Positions 28,861 to 41,164 of a stretch of DNA of 64,000 bases are shown here, piece after piece. Numbering within the stretch: the stretch's first letter is position 1; each line of letters begins with the position of its first letter. The position numbers and the translations under genes are program-made. Source of the stretch: the human T2T-CHM13v2.0 reference genome, Homo sapiens; the NCBI RefSeq assembly GCF_009914755.1, contig NC_060927.1; one strand, written 5' to 3'. The notes below the pieces were generated by a model. The model was not told where the DNA came from and ran no database searches. It saw only the letters and a program-made list of their open reading frames with translations.

Positions 28861-29187
28861 GGGGACGGAGTCTCACTCTGTCCCCCAGGTTGGAGTGCAG
28901 TGGTAAGATCTCAGCTCACTGCAACCTCTGCCTCTCAGGCTCAAGTGATCCTCCTACTTCAGCTTCCTGAGTGGCTGGGACGACAGGTGTGCACCACCAC
29001 ACAGGGCTACGGGTGTGTGGGTGTGTGAGTGTGTGTGTGTGTGTTTGTGTGTGTGTGTCTGCGTGTTTGGTAGAGACTGGGTTTCACCACGTTGCCCAGG
29101 CTGGTCTCAAACTCCTGAGCTCAGGCGATTCAACTACCTCAGCCTTTCAAAGTGACAGGATTACAAGTGTAAACCACCATATCTGGC
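28861..29187 (-). mobile_element. AluJ with (GT)n microsatellite in the central linker
   Basis: AluJ-type ggctcaagtgatcctcc and gttgcccaggctggtctcaaactcctgagctc; linker at ~29010-29068 is gtgtgt... Confidence 0.92.
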
Positions 29188-29651
29188 AAAACTTTTGTTA
29201 TTCTCACAGATGTTTAAAAAAATATAGTCATATATTTTTGAAAGGTTAACTCTCTTTCCCTTTCCCAAATTATCTGAACTCTCTTAATTTAGCTTCTGTA
29301 TCCTACAGCTTCTGTCAATATCAGACTGTTCTGGAAAGGATATCTAGTCAGTGGATTTCAAGGATCCATAGGGCTCAACCTTTTTTCACAGCAGCCTTTA
29401 GACAGTCTCCTTACACATACCTTTGAGTTGAACTGTGAAGAACGCTGTTCCACTTTTGACTGCCATATGCTGATTAGCTGGACAGGTTTCTAAGGAGTAC
29501 CTGTAGGTGACTTGTAGGTTCTCAGGCTCTTAAGTCTATCCAATTTCCCTTTGCCATTTCTCTGCTTCCTTTCTCATAGCTGCTGATACCATGTGGACCT
29601 TGATTTGTTTTTTGGTTTTGGTTTTGTGTGTGTGTGTATGTGTATGTTTTC

Positions 29652-30075
29652 ATAACAGCTCTATTTAGATATAATTAATGTATAGTAAAATTCACCTTTT
29701 TAAAATGTGTAATTCAGTAGTTTTTGGTATATACATAGAGTTGCACAAACATAATGAACTAATATTAGGAAATTTTCATCACCCCCCCAAAAAAAATCCA
29801 TTAGCAGTCACTCCACATGATCTTTTCCCAACAATCCCTGGAAATCACTGATGTACTGTCTGTTTCCATAGATTTGCCTATTCTGGGATCTTCAGAAATA
29901 AATAGAACCATGAAATGTGTTTTTTTGCAACTAGGTTCTTTCACGTTCCATAATGTTTAAAGACTTGTTCATATTCCACTACCTTTATATTCCTGAATAA
30001 TATTCCATTAGGTGGATATGCCATGCTTTATTTATTCATTTGTCAGGTGATGACCATTTGTGTTGTTTTATCCAG
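29652..30075 (-). mobile_element. L1MB-type 3' end
   Basis: taacagctctatttagatataatt...aaaattcacc...tccatagatttgcctattctgg. Confidence 0.8.
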
Positions 30076-30963
30076 GTCATATATGTGACTTCTAATATAT
30101 CCTTAGAGAAGTTATTGCGTCTAGTTGTCTATAATTTCACTAATCCAAAACTGCCTTCAGCTATCTATCCTGACTAAACCCTCAGGCACCCTATCAACTT
30201 TTATTTTACCTGAAAAAAGACTATTTTACATATATCTAAATGTGCAAATTCAAAAAATATATAATTGTAAATGAAAGTAAAAAAGAAGTGAGGATTAAAT
30301 ATATTTCAGATAGTAATTTAGAAACCTAAAGATGGTTATGAACTCTCTAATTTGAATAAGCTGTATGTCAATAGACATATTCAAATAAACATTGGATGGC
30401 AACCTAAATATTATAGACAGCTTTCCTGCATTAGTCTGGAGGTTAGACAAAATGACAACCAAGATAGCTTTCAATTTTTTATTTCTGTAATGTTATGTAC
30501 CCAAGAAATTACAGAAAAATGCTTTTAATAATCACTGACATCTTATGCTGTCAGTTTTTATATGCAATTACATTTTTAAAGAGACATCTATACACATAAA
30601 ATGGAAGCATTTCTGTTACATCACAAAATAGGCATTTCTAAAAATAAACTGAGCTGTTTTCCAAAATCTCACATGTAAAAAGAGTATGCTGATAGAAAAG
30701 TTAATGATAGGCAAAGTGACTCAGCATCTATAAAACTTTGCAATTAGAGCACAAAAACAAATGAACAAAATGACGTTCCTTATAAATATACTGGTGCAGT
30801 TAAATATATATATAATATATGTTTAATTCCTAACAGTTATAAATATTACAGTACATATCAAACTTTATTTACCAAAAAAGGTAATCATTATGTTTGAAAG
30901 GAGGAACCAGAAAAATTTGAGTTAAATTGCTCTGTTATGAAGATTAAAATGAAAGTTACAAGA

Positions 30964-31451
30964 TATATTAATTAACTAGGGATGTTTTAAGTAATTATCA
31001 CAAATTAGGAGTCTTAAAACAACAGACATTTATTTTCTCACTAGTCTGGCCATAAGTCTAACATCAAGGAGTCATGTCAACAGGGCAACACTTCCTCCAA
31101 GAGGCTGTAGGAAAAACTTCTCTTTCTTAACTCTTTCAGCTTCTGGTAGCTATGAGCATTTCATAGCTGGAGGCTGCACTACTCCACTCTCCGCTTCATT
31201 TTTATGTGAACTTATGCTTTGTGTCCTTTCCTGTTCCTTGCTCTCTCTCAAATCTCCCTCTCCCTTTCTCTTACAAAGACTCTTGTCATTGGACTGAGGA
31301 CTCATCCAGATAATGTAATTATCATATCTATATTTTACATTCATTAATTACAACTGCTAAGACCCTTTTTCCAAATAAGGCAATATTCACAAACTTTGGG
31401 AATTGGGATGCGGGCATATATTTGGGGAGCCACCATTTTATTCAATATACA
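30964..31451 (-). mobile_element. MLT1 (MLT1C-like) MaLR LTR
   Basis: cttaaaacaacagacatttattttctcac...tttccaaataaggcaatattcaca...ttggggagccacca. Confidence 0.8.
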
Positions 31452-32662
31452 AGAATGGTAGCAAACTATGTAATAATAACTTCCAAGTCAGAAGCATTAT
31501 TTAATTCAAGCCAACAGGTAGATTTGTGGGGTCAGCTGGCATTGTATATAATATTATATTCTCTCATGGCTTGCTGCATTCAGTAGTTATTTGGTGGCAC
31601 AAAGCACTGAAATGCTAAGGAATATCGTGTGTGAATCAAAGCAATTTCCACTTCATATTGATACTGTTTCCCTATTTACCTGTCACATATGACTCATCCA
31701 CTTTACAGAAAATAAACATTGTAGCAGAAAGAATATATTTCAGAACAAGCCATAAATCAAATATAAATAAGCTGAAAACTGCTCTCATACTAACATTTTA
31801 AGCTCATATTATTAGAATTTTTAGAAAAGCAATATTATGTTTTCACTGTTGAGAAAAACTGACAAAATTGCTTTTACGAATCATTTAACTGAAGTTTGAG
31901 GTGAGTTTATACAATGGGAAAAATGATATTATATCAGATGGCACTAGAAGTTTTAAATATGAAATAAAACCTTATTCCTAAATAAAGTAGTTTTTGAAAC
32001 CATTAAAATGGGGATATAAAACAGAAATATGTTAAGAATAGTTCACATAATATATGTCTCAAAAAGGGATCATCAAAATACAGATTTAGTGACTAATTTT
32101 CAGGGTTCACAGTGAGTTCCTAAAATCTAAATTTTTCTAGGTTTTTTTTTTTTTTTTAACTTCAGGCTATTTCTGTCAAGTTTACCAATGTGGAACATAC
32201 TGAGCCATAGTATTTCCATTAATACACTTGTTGACTAAGGCTGAGACAGAATCAGATCCACTGCATGTCTTTGGGGAGGAAGGAGGTAATCTTTTTCTAT
32301 TCTATTTCTGTCAGGCATTCTATTAAAGAGAATACAAAATACCTTATAGGTTACGAATTATATTTAGAAGAGTCTCTGAAGAATTTGATTACCTTATTGG
32401 AACTCTGCACTGCTTTCAGTGAAATCATCTTGAGATGCACAAACATTTTATAGATCATGTCTTATTTTAGAGTAAAAGCAGAGATATTTTGAGATATGAC
32501 CACAGTGGAGTGACATTACCTGGCACTTTCTTTAACAAATTGGCAGTAAAATGTGTCTTTTTTTTTCTTTTGCCTTACTCAAGAACTATTAAGCTAAATT
32601 TTATAATTTATTTTACTAGTATATTTCTTTTAAATAATATCATTGGTTATAAAAATCAAGAC

Positions 32663-33346
32663 TTTTCTTTTTCATTATTATTATACTTTAAGTTTTAGGG
32701 TACATGTGCACAACGTGCAGGTTTGTTACATATGTATACATGTGCCATGTTGGTGTGCTACACCCATTAACTCGTCATTTAACATTAGGTATCTCTCCTA
32801 ATGCTATCCCTTCCCCCTCCCCCCACCCCACAACAGGCCCCGGTGTGTGATGTTCCCCTTCCTGTGTCAATGTATATCCTGTGTCCAGGAGTATCTTTGT
32901 GGCGTTCTCTGTATTTCCTGAATTTGAATGTTGGCCTGCCTTGCTAGATTGGGGAAGTTCTCCTGGATAATATCCTGCAGAGTGTTTTCCAACTTGGTTC
33001 CATTCGCCCTGTAACTTTCGGGTACACCAATCAGACGTAGATTTGGTCTTTTCACATAATCCCATATTTCTCGGAGGCTTTGTTCGTTTCTTTTTATTCT
33101 TTTTTCTCTAAACTTCTCTTCTCGCTTCATTTCATTCATTTGATCTTCCATCACTGATACCCTTTCTTCCAGTTGATCCAATCGGCTACTGAGGCTTGTG
33201 CATTCGTCACGTAGTTCTCCTGCCATGGTTTTCAGCTCCATCAGGTCCTTTAAGGACTTCTCTGCGTTGGTTATTCTTGTTATCCATTCATCTAATTTTT
33301 TTCAAGGTTTTTAACTTCTTTGCCATGGGTTCGAACTTCCTCCTTT
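32663..33346 (-). mobile_element. young L1 (L1PA3/4-like): ORF1 segment fused to the terminal 3'UTR
   Basis: 32663-32886 is the L1PA 3' end (caacaggccccggtgtgtgatgttccccttcc); 32887-33346 is antisense ORF1; same orientation. Confidence 0.93.
32867..33241 (-). pseudogene. L1 ORF1p fragment, 124 aa (coiled-coil C-terminal part plus start of RRM)
   Basis: Contains ORF1p motifs REKRIKRNEQSLREIWDYVKRPNLRLIGVPE and ENFPNLARQANIQIQEIQRTPQRYS; the last 6 aa come from the junction. Confidence 0.9.
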
Positions 33347-34289
33347 CTAGTGCAAGAAAGATACAAGCTCTTAAATTCACAAAAGGATACCTGCTTTGCA
33401 CGTGTAGTGTAAATAGATTCTCTTTCAGACATAAAATTGGGCTTGCATTTTGTTAAGGGCTGTCAATATTTAACTTATCACTTTAATTATTTACTTTATC
33501 TTTTTTTAAGACTAGAGACTTTCAGATGCATAGCATATACTCTAACGAAGGGAGGGAACATTGCAAACAGGTCCCACCTTTTACCCCCTTTTATTTTGTT
33601 GCTTTACTCAATCTTAAATTCTTCATTACCTTCCTTTTCTCAATTTACTCATTCATTTGGTGGATTCCAAAAAGCATCATACTACATGTTCAAGAATCTC
33701 TACTTGCATGTCTTTAGCAATTTCTGGATTATTATATTAATGGTTTTCAGGTTAATTCAACAAATTCAAAAGTTATTAAGCACTTCGTGTGCTATGAGAT
33801 GTTCGTTTAGTAACTGCAGTGTAGACAAGGTGGATAGGGCATGATTCCCACTGGTACTGCCTTAGATCAGTGCAAAAAACTTCCTGCCCTAAGCTCCACA
33901 AGTCAGAGAAACTTGAATAAAAATAATTAAAGAACACACAGACAATTCTCAGCACAACTCATTATTTGAAACATTTGTTCTCATGATTAACATCATTCAG
34001 ATCCTAGGAAAACTACTGCATATCTTGGCATAAGTTATTACAACAAAAAGTGATTGTATACAAATGCTTTGAAGATTTGCGGGTTCCACAATTGCCAGTG
34101 TCAGATATGTACTATTTCTGGGTAAAGAAAAAGTTTGAGAGGAAGAAGCACTTAAAAATAAAAACAAATTCATTTTTTAAATCCTTTCAGTTAATACAAA
34201 TGCATTAGATTCTTACATAAAATATTGAGTGTCTTTTTTTTTTGTACCTCTTTGTGCTCTTATTTAATCCTTAGAGTACTCAGAAATAA

Positions 34290-34621
<332 letters not shown>

Positions 34622-35749
34622 CAGAAATAAGCATCTTTCTTTTGCAAGTGTTGCACATATTGGCTGAGGAACATTTTTCAATATTTAACCATTCATGCTA
34701 CTCTTAAATCTGAATAGATGTAGCCTTAGATATAATATGTATAAAAGGTACAACTGGGTGGACATTTAATAACAGATCTGTGAATAGTTCTATTTTTATA
34801 AAAATATTTAATGGCTTAGAATGAGAATTTTATAAAATTAAACATTATATTTACATGATTTTATTAAATATTTTGATATTTTATATTTCCAATTAATTTT
34901 AGTAGAGTATTTTGAATATTTTTTAAAAACAACAAATATATAAAATAACTTTAAAACTTTTACATTTACTTTGAATTACATTTGTATTAAAATTTATTGA
35001 AGTTTTTATACTTATAATTAAATTTTTAAAATTTATTTAGATCTTTATGGACAGATATTTATTATTACCTTTATGAATAATTTTACTGAAATGAAGGCAA
35101 AAAGAATATGCTTTATAAGATAGACATATATAAAATAGTAATAATTTATGAAATATATATGTATATATAATGTGCCTGTATATTTTTGCATCCTTACATC
35201 AGCATCTTATCCACACAGTATCTAGGCATTTGCAATGACAGCTACATGTGTCTTTGATATGTTACTTACATCAGTCTTAAAAAAATAATATCTTGACTTT
35301 TTTAAAAAACATTTGGCAATAGGAAGTTAATATTTGCTAATGTAAAAGGTTAGAGTATGTATTATTTTACAGTTTGTTGTTTTGACTTATGGTTTTAAAT
35401 ATTAAGACATAAGGATATTTGACCCTGTGTTTGTACTTATTTTCTGAGTCCTGAATCCTATCAATGTCAGAGGCAGACCAGATTTAATCTTTCAGGAGGC
35501 TGCAATTCAGTTGAGCAGAAATAAGTATAAAACTGATCCAAGCAAGTACCTATGAAGGATTCTAATGGCATGTTCCAAAATGCCAATTATACCCAGTCAA
35601 TGATGAAAAAGTAGACTAACACTAACATGACAAAATATATTACTTTCATTAGAGCATTTCTGATATTATAAGAATGAATACTAATTGTGAAAAAAATTGA
35701 CAAATATAGGAAGGTATAGAGTTTTAAAAATAAAAATACCCACAATTCA

Positions 35750-35881
35750 GATGGATGTGGCAGGAGGATTGCTTGTGGCCAGGAGGTTGAGACTGCAGTG
35801 CACAATAGGCAATGATGGAGCCTTTGAATAGTCACTGCCTTCCTCCAGCCTGGGTAACATAGTCCCAGATGAAAAAAAAAA
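35750..35881 (+). mobile_element. FAM (fossil Alu monomer)
   Basis: Keeps the 7SL-derived tgaatagtcactgc...ccagcctgggtaacatag; flanked by aaaaata(c/t)ccacaat at 35732-35746 and 35891-35905. Confidence 0.75.
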
Positions 35882-37304
35882 TGCAGTTGCAAAAATATCC
35901 ACAATCCTAACACCATCAAAAATATGATTTTAGGTGTAGTTTTAAAATCTTATTTAATTGTGGTTATATTCTCTGTACAAAATTTTAGTCATGTTTTCTA
36001 TTTATGAAACAAAATTTTTACTTTGAAAAATGTACATGTTAAAATATTTAAAATTAGAAGTATATATCAAAAATAACAACTCAATATATTTGCTATACTT
36101 TTAAAATTTTTTAGAAGTATACTTTTAAAATATTTTTACATATACATTTACATACTGAATCTTTCACAATTACTGAAGAAACATGACTGGTCCTAAAATT
36201 CAAGAGGACATAAAAAGGGAACTAAATGACAGGTGAGACTACATTTTAAGTGATTTATTATTATTTCCCAATTAAAATCAAAGCAACAGGATGGATCAAG
36301 TAATTCAATATGCATTTTAATTAGCAAGAAAAACATTAATTACACTTGGCTATTAAATGACTTTTATGTTGTTTTTAGCTGGTGATAACTTTGTGAGAGG
36401 CAAATAAAACAAAACAAAACTTTGGTTTAATATTTCACTGAGCCTATCAGCTGAATTGCCTAGTTTAGATATTATTTAGCAAGAGTCTGAAGATAAAAAC
36501 ATCATTTCATGTGTTAAGCTTCTATCAACTCAGGAAAAAGATTCCATCTGCACTCTTGATGAAGGATATATGCCAAGAGATATTTCCCAATACAAGGAAA
36601 AATAACAGCTGAAGGTAATGTTGCAAGATTAAGCCTGATATTTTAGGCTGCAGAAATGGTCAGAAATTGAATTTGTTTTAGAACTGATTACCATATAATT
36701 GATTTCTCATTCAAACAGAAAAAAAATCTGTTAATCTATTTCACATTTTTAAAATTCTTACATTGTAAATTATTATCTATCTTTTGTTGGCAGTATAGAT
36801 TCACATATTTTATTTATTCATTTAAGAAAACATTAGTGCCATTATTTCTGATCCTATACACAACTGAAGATCTCTTTCAAGTTTATACATAAATGGAAAA
36901 TAAGTTGAGTATGACTTCTGATTTTTAACATTTTCCTCTAAAATTTAATCACATTGCTCCATTGTCATCTGATGAGCAGAGACCTGAAACCAACCTGTTA
37001 TTTGTTATTTTTTCTATCTCGATGCCTCTCAGATTTTTTATTTATCTTATAAATCAAAAATTTGCTAGGCTACATGGTAGTCTCTTTTCATTGATTTTTT
37101 TTTTTTTTTTTTTTTTTGTCTTAGGACATAGTAATGGTTTGAATTTCAGTTCCCTGCTATATAAATAATGTTTTAATGATTCATTTATAATGTAGATTAT
37201 TGCTTCTGCTTCAGTTCATCTCATTTCCTTCTTGGAGACATTTCTTGGAGACATCTATAATTCTGTATGTGCGACGTGGTTATATGCTGATGGAAGAGTG
37301 TTTG

Positions 37305-37445
37305 GTCTTCCCTTTGCCAGAAATACCACCAGCCTTCTGCTGGCCTGTCAGCTCTCTTCAGATCTTCACTCACATGTCACCCACTTAAACATGAGGTCTT
37401 CCTGGGCCTACCTGTCTAAAATTCCAACTTCCTCATGCATCTCCA
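37305..37445 (+). mobile_element. L2 fragment that resumes at ~41562-41805 after the L1 insertions
   Basis: cagatcttcactcacatgtcacc...gaggtcttcctg...ctgtctaaaat; the downstream part ccactaaaatg...atgagggcaagaatttttgtc ends ataaatgaa. Confidence 0.6.
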
Positions 37446-37447
37446 CA

Positions 37448-37877
37448 TTTTTTTTAAATTTTATTATTATTATACTTTAAGTTTTAGGGTACATGTGCAC
37501 AATGTGCAGGTTAGTTACATAGGTATACATGTGCCATGCTGGTGTGCTGCACCCATTAACTCGTCATTTTGCATTAGGTATATCTCCTAATGCTATCCCT
37601 GCCCCCTCCCCCCACCCCACAACAGTCCCAAGAGTGTGATGGTCCCCTTCCTGTGTCCATGTGTTCTCACTGTTCAATTCCCACCTATGAGTGAGAATAT
37701 CCAGTGTTTGGTTTTTTGTTCTTGCGATAGTTTACTGAGAATGATGATTTCCAATTTCATCCATGTCCCTACAAAGGACATGAACTCATCATTTTTTATG
37801 GCTGCATAGTATTCCATGGTGTATATGTGCCACATTTTCTTAATCCAGTCTATCATTGTTGGACATTTGGGTTGGTT
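37448..37877 (-). mobile_element. L1PA2-like 5'-truncated 3' end
   Basis: acaatgtgcaggttagttac, ccatgctggtg, tgcgatagtttactgagaatgatgatttcc; ORF2 C-terminus WIKKMWHIYTMEYYAAIKNDEF. Confidence 0.92.
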
Positions 37878-39283
37878 TTCTTAAAAGCTTTTATTTTAAA
37901 TTCCGGGGTATGTGTGCAGGTTTGTTACATAAGTAAACTTGTGTCATGGGGGCCTGTTGTGCAGATTATTTCATCACCCAGGTATTAAGCCTAGTACCCA
38001 TTTGTTATATTTCCTGATCTTCTGTCCCTCCTCCTACCTTCCACCCTCCAATAGACCCCAGTGTGTGTTGTTCCCCTCTGTGTTCATGTGTTATCATCAT
38101 TTAGCTTCCACTTGTAAGTGGGAACATGCAGTATTTGGTTTTCTTTTCCTGTGTTAGTTTGCGAAAGATAATGGCCTCCAGCTCCATCCATGTCCCTGCA
38201 AAGGACATGATCTCGTTTCTCTTTATGGCTGCATAGTATTACATGGTGTATATGTACCACATTTCCTTTATCTAGTCTATCATTGATGGGCATTTAGGTT
38301 CACTCCATGTCTTTGCTATTGCAAATAGTGCCGCAATAAGCATATGCACGCATGTATCTGTATAGCCGAACAATGTATATTCCTTTGGACATATACCCAG
38401 TAATGGGATTTCTGGGTCAAATGGTATTTCTGTCTTTAGGTCTTTGAGGAATCGCCTCACTGTCTTCCACAATGGTTGAACTAATTTACTCTCCCACCAA
38501 CAGTGTATAAGTGTTTCTTTTCCTCCGCAACCTCACCAGCATCTGTTATTATTATTATTATTTTCACTTTTGAGTAATAGCCATTCTGACTGGTGTGAGA
38601 CGGTATCTCACTGTGGTTCTTACTTGCATTTCTATAATGATCAGTGATGTTGAGCTCTGTTTTCATATGATTGTTGGTCACATGTATGTCTTCTTTTGAG
38701 AAGTGTCTGTTTCTGTCCTTTGCCCACTTTTTAATGCATTTTTTTTCTTGTAAATTTGTTTAAGTTTCTTATAGATGCTGGCTATTAGACATTTGCCAGA
38801 TGCATAGTTTGCAAAAATTTTCTCCCCTTTTGTAAGTTGTCTTACTCTGTAGATAGTTTCTTTTCCTGTGCAGGACCTCTTTAGTTTAATTAGATCCCAT
38901 TTGTCAATTTTTGCTTTTGTTGCAATGCTTTGGCATCGTTGTCATGAAATATTTGTTTGTTCCTATGTCCAAGATAGTACTGATTAGGTTGCCTTCTGGG
39001 GTTTTTATAGTTTTATGTTTTACATTTAAATCTTTAAGCGATTTTTATTTAATTTTTGTATATGGTATAAGGAAGGGGCCTAGGTTTAATCTTCTGTATA
39101 TGGCTACCCCATTAGCTCAGCACCATTTATTGACTAGGGAATCCTTTCCCCATTGTTTTTATCAGGTTTATTGAAATCAATGGTTGTAAGTGTGTGGTCT
39201 TATTTCTGTGTTCTCTATTCAGTTCCATTGGCCTCTGTGTCTTTTGTGTACCAGTACCATGCTGTTTTGGTTACTACTGCCAA

Positions 39284-39323
39284 AGTTTGAAGTAGTATAG
39301 TTTGAAGTAATATAGTTTGAAGT
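39284..39323. repeat. 15-bp tandem triplication within the L1
   Basis: agtttgaagtagtat / agtttgaagtaatat / agtttgaagt. Confidence 0.85.
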
Positions 39324-40808
39324 TGGGTAGTGTGATGCCTCCAGCTTTGTTCTTTTTGCTTAAGATTGCCTTAGTATTTGGGCTTTTTTGTTGTTTTTGT
39401 TCCATATTAACTCTAAATAGTTTTCTCTAGTTATGTGAAGAATGCCAATCATAGTTTAATGAGAATAGCGTTGAATCTATAAATTGCTTTGGGTAGTATG
39501 GCCATTTTAACAATAGTGATTCTTTCTATCTATGAGCATGGAATGTTTTTCCATTTTTTTGTGTGATCATTGATTTCTTTGAGCAGTGATTTGTAGCTCT
39601 TTTTGTAGACATCTTTCACTTTCCTTGTTAGCTGTATTCATAGGTATTTTATTCTTTTTCTGGAAATTGTGAATGGGAGTTTGTTTGTGACTTGGCTCTT
39701 GGCTTGACTGTTGTTGGTGAATAAGATTGCTAGCGATTTTTGCACATTGATTTTGTATCCTGAGACTGCTGAAGTTGTTTATCAGGGTAAGAAGCTTTTG
39801 GGGCTGAGACAGTGGAGCTTTCTAGATATAGGATCATGTCATCTGCAAATAGGAATAGTTTGACTTTCTCTCTTCCTATTTGAATGCGCTTTATTACTTT
39901 CTCTTGCCTGATTGCCTGGCCAGAATTTCCAATACTATGTTGAATAGGAATGGCAAGAGAGCACATCCTTGTCTTGTGCCAGTTTTCAAGGGGGATGCTT
40001 CCAGCATGTTCCAATTCAGTATGAAGTTGCCTATTGGTTTGTCCTACATGGCTGTTATTATTTTGAAGTATGTTCCTTCAATACATAATTTATTGAGAGT
40101 TTTTAACACAAAGAGATGTTGAAATATATCAAAAGCCTTTTCTGCATCTATTGAGATAATCATGTGGTTTTTGTCTTTATTTGTATCTATTTAATGAATC
40201 ACATTTATTGATTTATGGATGTTGAGCTAACCTTGCATCCTGGGGATGAAGCCTATTTGAGTGTAGTGAATAAGCTTTTTGATGTGCTGCTGGATTTGAT
40301 TTGACAATTTTTTTGAGGATTTTTGTTTCAATGTTCATCAAGAATATTGGCCTGGAGTTTTTTGTTGTTGTCGTATCTCTACCAGTTTTTGGTATCAGAG
40401 TGATGCTGGTCTGGTTGAATGAGTGTGGAAGGAGTCTCTCCTTTTCAATTTTGTCAAATAGTTTCAGTAAGAATGGTATCAGCTCTTCTTTGTACATCTG
40501 GTAGAATTCAGCTGTCTGGTCCTGGGCTTTTTTGGTTGGTAAGCTATTTATTACTGCCTTAATTTCAGAACTCATTACTGGTCTGTTCAGGGATTACATT
40601 TCTTCCTGCCTCATTCTTGGGAGCGTGTATGTGTCCAGGAACTTATCCATTTCTTCTAGATTTTCTAGTTTATGGGCATAGAGGTGTTTATAATATTCTC
40701 TGATGGCTGTTTGTATTTCTGTGGGGTCATTGGTAATATTCTCCATATCATTTCTAATTGTGTTAATTTGAATCTTCTCTCTTCTTTTTTAGTCTAGCTA
40801 GTGGTCGT

Positions 40809-41164
40809 TGTATTATTCTGTTTTCATGCTACTAATAAAGATATATTTGAGTCAGGGTAATTTATACAGGAAAAAGGTTTAATGGACTTACAGTTTCACA
40901 TGGCTGGGGAAGCCTCACACTCATGTTGGAAGGCCAGGAGGAGTAAGTCACATCTTACGTGATGGCAGCGGGCAAAAAGAGAGAGCTTGTGCAGGGAAAC
41001 TCCACCTCATAGAACCATCAGATCTCCTGAGACTTATTCAGTATTACGAGAACAGTACAGAAAAAAACCTGCCTCCATGATTCAATTTCTTCCCACCAGG
41101 TCCCTCTCACAACATGTGGGAATTCATGATGAGATCTGGGTGGAGACACAGCCAAACCATATCA
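40809..41164 (-). mobile_element. THE1A/B solo LTR nested in the L1
   Basis: tgtattattctgttttcatgct...ggaaaaaggtttaatggactta...acagccaaaccatatca; L1 sequence resumes on both sides. Confidence 0.9.

Noticed and set aside
28261-29028. 255-aa and 193-aa ORFs, the longest in the track
   Set aside because: They are translations of the (CCTT/CTTT)n tract and an Alu; stop codons are absent for compositional reasons.
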